From positions 817,128-881,127 of the forward strand of contig CAWAXG010000002.1 in NCBI GenBank assembly GCA_963785755.1: 64,000 nt of DNA, given 5' to 3'. Below are positions 57,956 to 64,000 of this stretch, one piece after another (the first letter of the stretch is position 1; every line of letters begins with the position of its first letter). The position numbers and the translations under genes are program-made. Source of the DNA: an uncultured Acidobacteriota bacterium. Its GTDB lineage: Bacteria > Acidobacteriota > Vicinamibacteria > Vicinamibacterales > 2-12-FULL-66-21. The notes under the pieces were generated by a model that searched no databases, had not been told where the DNA came from, and saw only the letters and a program-made list of their open reading frames with translations.

Positions 57956-59209
57956 ATGCCGAGCGGCCGCCACTTCCTCCAGATTCCTGGTCCGACCAAC
58001 ACCCCCGACCGCGTGCTGCGCGCGCTGGCGCAGCCGACGATCGATCATCGCAGCGCCGAGTTCGCGGCGCTCGGGCGTGAGGTGCTCGCCGGCATCAAGC
58101 GGATCTTCCAGACTTCGGCGCCGGTGGTGATCTTCCCCGCCTCCGGCAGCGGCGCATGGGAGGCGGCCCTCGTCAACACCCTGTCGCCGGGCGATCGGGT
58201 CCTGGCCTTCGACATCGGAGAATTCGCCAGGGGCTGGACGGATGTGGCGCGCAGGCTCGGGCTCGACGTCGAAGTGACGCCCGGAGACTGGCGGCACGGC
58301 GTCGATCCGGCGGCGCTCGAAACGAGGCTCGGCGAAGATCGCGAGCATCGCATTCGAGCGGTGCTCGTCGTTCACAACGAAACGTCCACCGGAGTGACGA
58401 GCCGACTGCCGGAGATTCGAAAGGCCATCGACCGCGCCGGCCATCCGGCGCTGCTGCTCGTCGATGCGGTGTCGTCGCTCGGGTCCATCGAGCTCCGCCA
58501 CGACGACTGGGGGCTCGACGTGACGCTGTGCGGATCGCAGAAGGGGCTGATGCTGCCGCCGGGCCTCGGCTTCACCGCGCTCAGCGAGCGGGCGCTGACG
58601 GCGTCACGGTCCGCCCGCCTGCCGCGGTCGTATTTCGCGTGGGAGCAGATGCTGCCCGCCAACGCGAACGGTTTCTTTCCGTACACGCCAGCCACCAACC
58701 TGCTGTTCGGGCTGCGCGAAGCCCTCGCGATGCTGGAAGAGGAGGGCCTCGATCACGTCTTCGCGCGTCATCGCCGGCTCGCCGAAGCCGCACGGGCTGC
58801 CGTCCACGCCTGGGGCCTCGACATCGCCTGTCAGCGTGAGGACGAGTACAGCCCGTCAGTGACGGCCGTCATGATGCCTGACGGGTATGATGCCGATCGA
58901 CTTCGCTCGACCATCCTCGAACGGCTCAACATGTCGCTCGGCGCCGGCCTCGGCCGATTCAAGGGGACGGCGTTCCGGATCGGCCATCTCGGCGACTTCA
59001 ACGAGCTGATGTTGATGGGCACGCTCTGTGGCGTCGAGATGGGGCTCGCCCTCGCCGGCATCCCGTCGTCGCCTGGCGGTGTAGATGCGGCGATGAAGGT
59101 GCTCGTCGCTACGTGCTACGTGCCACGTGCTACGTGCCACGTGCTCTTCGTGCTACGTGCTACGTGCTACGTGCTCACGTGCTCGTGCGACGTGCTCAGC
59201 TGCACGTGA
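57956..59209 (+). CDS. class V aminotransferase (serine-glyoxylate / alanine-glyoxylate type)
   Basis: 417 aa. ...LCGSQKGLMLPPGLGF (PLP-lysine motif). The last 33 aa (ATCYVPRATCHVLFVLRATCYVLTCSCDVLSCT) are a translation of the ACGTGCT repeat. Confidence 0.85.
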   Translation: MPSGRHFLQIPGPTNTPDRVLRALAQPTIDHRSAEFAALGREVLAGIKRIFQTSAPVVIFPASGSGAWEAALVNTLSPGDRVLAFDIGEFARGWTDVARRLGLDVEVTPGDWRHGVDPAALETRLGEDREHRIRAVLVVHNETSTGVTSRLPEIRKAIDRAGHPALLLVDAVSSLGSIELRHDDWGLDVTLCGSQKGLMLPPGLGFTALSERALTASRSARLPRSYFAWEQMLPANANGFFPYTPATNLLFGLREALAMLEEEGLDHVFARHRRLAEAARAAVHAWGLDIACQREDEYSPSVTAVMMPDGYDADRLRSTILERLNMSLGAGLGRFKGTAFRIGHLGDFNELMLMGTLCGVEMGLALAGIPSSPGGVDAAMKVLVATCYVPRATCHVLFVLRATCYVLTCSCDVLSCT

Positions 59210-59278
59210 GCACGTGAGCACGTAGGACGTAGCACGAAAAGCACGTGAGGACGTAGCGCGTTGCACGTAGCACGTGGC
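59105..59278. repeat. ~175-bp imperfect palindrome built from ACGTGCT-type heptamers, centred on CAGCTG
   Basis: gctacgt gctacgt gccacgt gctacgt gccacgt gctcttc gtgctacgt... up to CAGCTG at ~59197-59202, then the complementary series (cacgtgag cacgtgag cacgtagg acgtagc...). At least six CACGTG hexamers. Lies between convergent genes. Confidence 0.9.
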
Positions 59279-60062
59279 TCAGCGCCCGGCAAACCGCGGC
59301 GGGCGCTTCGCCTACGAACGCCGCGACGCCCTCGCGGAAATCGTCGCTGGCGTAACACGACGCCACGAGATCGTCGAGGTCGGGATGGTCGGCGCGCCGC
59401 CCGAGACCGATCCGGCGAATGGCTTCCTTCGTCGCGCGCAGGGTCAACGGCGCCTTGTCTGCCAGCGCCTCCGCCAGCTCCCGGACCGCGGCATCGATGG
59501 TGGACGCCTCCGCGAGGCGGGTGATCAGCCCCAGCGCGCCGGCTTCCGTGGCGTCGAGAAATCGCGCGGTAAAGATCAGGTCCTTGGTTCGCGCCGGCCC
59601 GATCAGATCCACGAGACGCGCATAATTCGCGGCTGATAGACAATTACCCAGTGTCCGGGCGATCGGGACGCCGAATCGCGCGTCGGGCGTGCACACGCGC
59701 AGATCGCATGAGAGCGCAAGGATGCAGCCGCCCCCTGCCGCGACGCCGCGCACCTGGGCGATGGTCGGCACCGACACCCGTTCGAGGCGCTCGATCACCT
59801 GTTCCATCCGCCGCTCGTAGGCGAGGCCATCGCCGGCCGTCGTGAACGCGGTGAATTGACTGATGTCGGTGCCGGCCACGAACGCCTCGCCGGCGCCGCG
59901 CAGCACCAGGACGCGGACGCGGTCGTCGGCGTCGACCTCGTCGCAGGCGGCGGCGAGGGCGTCGTACATTGGCCAGGTCATCGCGTTGCGCGCCTCGGGA
60001 CGATTGAACGTCAGGAACGCGATGCGCCCGTCGATTGCGAACAACGCCTCGGAAGTGGACAC
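59279..60062 (-). CDS. enoyl-CoA hydratase/isomerase (crotonase) family protein (frame change near the 3' end)
   Basis: ORF-track version 59196..60173. In-frame GTG 60062 gives (M)STSEALFAIDGRIAFLTFNRPEARNAM. LVLRGAGEAFVAGTDI. The canonical end (K)RPPRFAGR* with TGA at 59281-59279 appears only after a frame change near ~59308; otherwise the ORF reads into the repeat. Confidence 0.75.
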
Positions 60063-60089
60063 GGTGAACGACCTCGCAGGGAGAGAGAC

Positions 60090-61280
60090 ATGAGCTCGAG
60101 CCGGACGGCGCTCGAAGGGATTCGCGTGCTGGACGTCACACAGGTGATGGCCGGCCCGTTCTGCGCGATGCAACTATGCGATATGGGCGCGGACGTGATC
60201 AAGGTGGAGCCGCCCGGCGGCGACTCGACGCGCCGCATGGTCGGCAGCACCGGCCAGGACAGCGCCGGATTCAACGCCGTCAATCGCGGCAAGCGCGGCA
60301 TCGTCCTCGATCTCGCGACGACGCGCGGTCAGGACGCGTTCCGGCGGCTTCTCTCCCGCACCGACATCCTGATCGAAAACTACCGGCCCGGCGTGATGCG
60401 CCGATTCGGCCTGGACTATGAAACCCTGGCCGCGCGCCATCCATCGCTGATCTATGCCTCGATTTCGGGGTCCGGCCAGACCGGCCCCGAGGCATCGAAG
60501 GGCGGATTCGATCTGATCGCGCAGGGTGAGTCAGGACTGATGTCGGTCACCGGAGAAGCCGGCGGTCCTCCGATCAAGATTGGCGTTCCGGTTACCGACC
60601 TCGGCGCCGCGATGTTCGCGCTCGCGGCAATCCTCGCGGCCCTTCATTACCGCACGCGAACCGGCATCGGCCAGCACATCGACACATCGCTGCTCGAAGC
60701 CGGGATCGCGTTCTCGGTCTGGGAGTCGGCCGAGTACTTTTCCGAGGGGAAACCGCCGGCGCCTCTCGGATCGGCGCATCGAATGCTCGCGCCCTACCAG
60801 GCCATCCGCTGTGCCGACGGCTACATCACCCTGGGAGCAGGCACCGATCGGTTGTTTCAACGCCTGTGTGAGGTCCTCGGGCATCCGGAGTGGACGGCGG
60901 ATCCGGATTTTGCCAACGACACCCTTCGAGTCCGGAATCGTGCCCCTCTCATCGAGCGAATCGAGCAGATCACGATCGGGGAACCCTGCGATCGCTGGCT
61001 CGCGCAGCTCTCCGCCGCGGGCGTGCCCTGCGGCCGCATCAACAGCTACGCGGACACCTTCGCCGATCCGCAGGTCCGCGCCCGGGGAATGATCGTCGAT
61101 GTCGACCACCCGACGCTCGGGCGGCTGCGAACGCTCGGCTCGCCGATCAAGATGTCCGAGACACCGCCGACAGTGGGACGGCGTGCGCCGCTGCTCGGCG
61201 AGCACACCGCAGAGGTCTTGAGGGAAGCCGGCTGCGACGAGAGCGAGATCGCCGCGATCGTGGCCGACGCCGTCATTTGA
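60090..61280 (+). CDS. family III CoA-transferase (CaiB/BaiF type)
   Basis: ORF 59856..61280. ATG 60090 gives MSSSRTALEGIRVLDVTQVMAGPFCAMQLCDMGADVIKVEPPGGD. Confidence 0.9.
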   Translation: MSSSRTALEGIRVLDVTQVMAGPFCAMQLCDMGADVIKVEPPGGDSTRRMVGSTGQDSAGFNAVNRGKRGIVLDLATTRGQDAFRRLLSRTDILIENYRPGVMRRFGLDYETLAARHPSLIYASISGSGQTGPEASKGGFDLIAQGESGLMSVTGEAGGPPIKIGVPVTDLGAAMFALAAILAALHYRTRTGIGQHIDTSLLEAGIAFSVWESAEYFSEGKPPAPLGSAHRMLAPYQAIRCADGYITLGAGTDRLFQRLCEVLGHPEWTADPDFANDTLRVRNRAPLIERIEQITIGEPCDRWLAQLSAAGVPCGRINSYADTFADPQVRARGMIVDVDHPTLGRLRTLGSPIKMSETPPTVGRRAPLLGEHTAEVLREAGCDESEIAAIVADAVI

Positions 61281-61818
61281 GAACGATCCGTTCGCTCACC
61301 CTGCCGTCTGCAATCGGCCGCACCGAGAACGCGGGATTACGCCGCATCTCGGCCGTCACGAACGGGTCGCCTTCGAACACGATCTCGAAGACCTTCGCTG
61401 CCCGGCCAGGCGCCGACACCTCGAAGTGGATGTGCGCCGGCGCGCGGCTGTTCGGATAGGAGCCCGGCTTGACCGTCTCGAACGACCAGTTGCCTTTCGC
61501 GTCCGATCGAAGGAACAGCTTGAGTCGCGGATTCCGATTGTCACTCGCCGGCTTGACGCCGTAATAACCCTCGTGGTCCGTCTGATAGATGTAGAGCGAC
61601 GCGCCACTGATGGGCGCGTTGTCCGCACCGACCACGACTCCACTCACGGTCACCCGCTCACCAGCCTCGCCCTGCGGCGCGACGCGTCCGGTCGACGGTG
61701 CTGACGCGGGCGCCTCGTGAATCGACTGCGCGGCGGCGGCAACCGCGGCGGATACGACGAACAGCGCGAGTGCAATGCGGAACCGCTGAGGATCCGTCGC
61801 AGAGAATGACTGGCGCAT
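61273..61818 (-). CDS. secreted intradiol-dioxygenase-like protein
   Basis: ORF 61273..61830; ATG 61818. Signal-like N-terminus, then ...HEGYYGVKP... and ...RAPAHIHFEV... as in the protocatechuate-dioxygenase-like fold. 8-nt convergent overlap with 60090..61280. Confidence 0.65.
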   Translation of the reverse strand: MRQSFSATDPQRFRIALALFVVSAAVAAAAQSIHEAPASAPSTGRVAPQGEAGERVTVSGVVVGADNAPISGASLYIYQTDHEGYYGVKPASDNRNPRLKLFLRSDAKGNWSFETVKPGSYPNSRAPAHIHFEVSAPGRAAKVFEIVFEGDPFVTAEMRRNPAFSVRPIADGRVSERIVLK

Positions 61819-61950
61819 CAGGCCCTCCATCCCCGCATGGTCTCATGGCTGGTGGGTGTTCGCTCGGTACCGGACTTGTTTTGCAGGGACAAGACGGGGG
61901 ATGAATGCTTCGGCGCCTTCAGGCAAGGAGGGTGCAAGAACACGCCACGG

Positions 61951-62060
61951 CGAAAACTCCCAACTTCCAACCACCAACTCCCAAGGCGCCCACAGCGATC
62001 GACCAAGGCGCGAGTTGCCCGCCGCCGCTCGGAACGGTCGCAGGCGACCTCTGGCGAGCC
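61951..62060 (-). repeat. Type IV intergenic element, copy 2
   Basis: The reverse complement reads GGCTCGCCAGAGGTCGCCTGCGACCGTTCCGAGCGGCGGCGGGCAACTCGCGCC...CCTTGGGAGTTGGTGGTTGGAAGTTGGGAGTTTTCG, colinear with 12431-12556. Confidence 0.75.
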
Positions 62061-62137
62061 TGTGGCGCGTATCGTGCGTGCGAGGCGGGAGGTTGATTGT
62101 CGCGCTGCGTTTTTCAACAACCTGCTAAAAGCGGACC

Positions 62138-64000
62138 TCATTCGGACCGCAGCGCATTGGCGCCGGTGTCGAGCACGCGCCGCGCCGGGACCAGCGACGC
62201 GAGCGCCGACGTCATCACAATCAGGACCGCGATGGCCACGAAGGTCTGCGGCTCGCGCGCGACCGTGTTGAACAGGAATCGTGTCAGGACGGTTGCCGCG
62301 GCGTACGCCGAAATCAGGCCGACGAACGTTCCGGCGAGGACCGGCCGTACCCCTTCTCCAACAATCGCGCGGATCAGCCGGCCCGGCGTCGCGCCGAGCG
62401 CGCTCCGAATCGCAAGCTCCTTGTGGCGCTCGACGACCGTTCTGGCGACGACGATGGTCATCCCGATGACGGTCAGCAACAGCGCGAGTGACGCGAATGC
62501 GGTGGTCGCCGTCGTGTAGAAGCGGCGGTCGGCGATCGATTCGTGGATGATGCGATCGATAGTCGTCAGATTCATCGCCGGTTGCGCAGGGTCGACCTCA
62601 CGGATCGCCTGCCGGATCGCCGCGCCAGGGTTCGGCGAGTTCGGAGCAGTCCTCGCGACGACGCAGAACAGGTTGGTATTCCACTGCGCGTCGGGGCGAT
62701 AGAACGCCGGATAGGGTTCCTTGTCGAGGCTCACATAGCGCACGTCACCGACGATCCCGACGATCTCGGTGGGCGCATCGACGTCGATGTACTGGCCAAG
62801 CGCCTCTTCCCCGCCGAACACCGTGCGCGCAAAGGACTCCGACACCACCATGACGGGTGGACCTGTCGCGACGTCGGCTGCCGAGAACAATCGGCCCCGA
62901 ATCAATGGAATGCGCAGGATCTGGAAGTAGGACGGATCGACAGCGCGGCCATTGGCATTGAAGGGACTCTTGTCGCCGGTCCGGTTCAACCGGTGCATGA
63001 AATCGGTGCCGCGGAACGGCACCGCCGACGACAGTCCCGCCTCGAGCACGCCGGGGATGCCGCGAATGCGCGAGAGCACGCCCTCCCGGAACAACGTCAC
63101 GTTGTGCGGCTGGCGGTACTTCGGATCCTGGAGACGGATCTCGATGGTCCAGACGCGGTCGCCATCGAAACCGAGCGGCATGTGCGACAGCCGCCAGAAA
63201 CTCGTCAACAGGAGCGCTGCCGAGATGAGCAGCGCCGATGCGATCGCCGCCTGGAGCGCCACGAGTGCCTGCCGCCAGCGCGCTGCCGATCGATCCGTGG
63301 ATGCCGCCGCTGAAACACGCTTGAGCGCCGTCATGACGTCGAAGTTGGCGCCACGCCAGGCCGGCGCCAGCCCGGACAGGATCGTCGTGAGCCCAGCCGT
63401 CGCGGCCGCAAACAGCAGCAGCGGAAAGCTGACGCCGATCTCGTCCCCGCGCGGAACGATCGGCGGCACGAGGGCTCGCAGAACCGGGTGCAGCACGATC
63501 GCGAGGAGCGTGCCCGCGATGGCTCCGGCCCCCGCGAGCACCGCGCCTTCGGTCAGCAGCTGCGTCAGGAGCCGCCGCCGATCGGCGCCGAGAGCGGCGC
63601 GCAACGCCATCTCGCGCTGTCGTCGAGTGACCCGGACGAGAAGGGCCCCCGAAACCGTGGCGCACGTAATCAACAGGAGCAGCACGGCCACGCCGCCGAG
63701 GAGAAGCAATGACGGCCGCGTTTCGCCGACGACCCAGTCGTAGGACGGCTCGAGCCTCGACACCTGACGCTGCTCGGCGGGCGCGTTCGGCCGCGCGGGA
63801 AAGATCCGATCGCTCAGCGCGCTCAGCCTTGCCTGCGCGGTCTCTACGGTGACCCCCGGCTTCAACCGCGCGATCGCGCCATCATGGGTGACCGCGCGCG
63901 TCGCGGCGTCCTGCCGCACCTCGCGCCACCGCTGCATGATCCAGACCTGAGTCTCGAGCGGATAGGTGAACCGGAACTCGGGTGGCAACACGGCCACGAT
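62138..64000 (-). CDS. ABC transporter permease, MacB-like / ADOP family (5' end outside the window)
   Basis: ORF 62138..63997 is open to the window edge. Same architecture as 1512..3983 (two FtsX-like TM clusters, large periplasmic domain) and ends ...VLDTGANALRSE. Confidence 0.85.
   Translation of the reverse strand: MVAVLPPEFRFTYPLETQVWIMQRWREVRQDAATRAVTHDGAIARLKPGVTVETAQARLSALSDRIFPARPNAPAEQRQVSRLEPSYDWVVGETRPSLLLLGGVAVLLLLITCATVSGALLVRVTRRQREMALRAALGADRRRLLTQLLTEGAVLAGAGAIAGTLLAIVLHPVLRALVPPIVPRGDEIGVSFPLLLFAAATAGLTTILSGLAPAWRGANFDVMTALKRVSAAASTDRSAARWRQALVALQAAIASALLISAALLLTSFWRLSHMPLGFDGDRVWTIEIRLQDPKYRQPHNVTLFREGVLSRIRGIPGVLEAGLSSAVPFRGTDFMHRLNRTGDKSPFNANGRAVDPSYFQILRIPLIRGRLFSAADVATGPPVMVVSESFARTVFGGEEALGQYIDVDAPTEIVGIVGDVRYVSLDKEPYPAFYRPDAQWNTNLFCVVARTAPNSPNPGAAIRQAIREVDPAQPAMNLTTIDRIIHESIADRRFYTTATTAFASLALLLTVIGMTIVVARTVVERHKELAIRSALGATPGRLIRAIVGEGVRPVLAGTFVGLISAYAAATVLTRFLFNTVAREPQTFVAIAVLIVMTSALASLVPARRVLDTGANALRSE

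Noticed and set aside
57665-58002. ORFs 57665..57865 (+) and 57805..58002 (-) across the GGTTCAG palindrome (for example ...KGSGVQGFRGSGSRVQRFRRF...).
   Set aside because: The periodic peptide sequence is simply the translated tandem repeat, and both strands give mirror-image ORFs.
1-64000. Search for rRNA, tRNA, tmRNA, riboswitch-like leaders, prophage or integrative-element boundaries.
   Set aside because: I recognised no cloverleaf-like or rRNA-like sequence, no integrase/recombinase/capsid/terminase-like ORFs and no att-like direct repeats flanking a gene block. By-eye detection of small RNAs is weak, so absence is not proven.

Overview
64-kb high-GC (roughly two-thirds G+C by eye) bacterial chromosomal segment. 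The gene content looks Acidobacteriota-like (inference; no search was possible): two ADOP/MacB-type FtsX permeases, three CarboxypepD_reg-type TonB-dependent receptors, a TIGR03436-like VWA protein, a Ser/Thr kinase fused to a TolB-like propeller, and a COG4941-type sigma factor with a YCII partner. I count about 46 protein-coding genes, mostly transport, secreted hydrolases and small-molecule catabolism. I found no rRNA, tRNA, CRISPR array, transposase, integrase or phage gene. Two minus-strand operon-like blocks stand out. Block 27681-38125 holds a TonB receptor, secreted RraA-like protein, HIBDH-like reductase, RraA-type aldolase, Ldh_2 oxidoreductase, Fe-ADH, ALDH and GntR regulator. Block 51901-57721 holds an aryl-CoA-ligase-like enzyme, anion permease and FAD/Fe-S oxidase, next to an aminotransferase/crotonase/CoA-transferase group. 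An AlkD-like + radical-SAM pair sits at 48113-50080. The two most unusual properties are not genes. (1) Almost every sizeable intergenic spacer is occupied by structured mosaic repeats built from 6-8-nt tandem units arranged as inverted arrays (four recurrent element types plus two ~175-bp palindromes); all typed copies are oriented the same way relative to transcription. (2) About 25 small frame disruptions hit ~11 otherwise well-conserved genes, very unevenly: none in a 2.7-kb STAND gene, ~6 in one TonB receptor, ~5 in an 850-nt hydrolase. This is either residual indel error or very recent gene decay. Gene coordinates rest on the ORF track; hand-mapped repeat and motif coordinates may be off by 1-2 nt. 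All family names come from motif recognition by eye, not from database searches.
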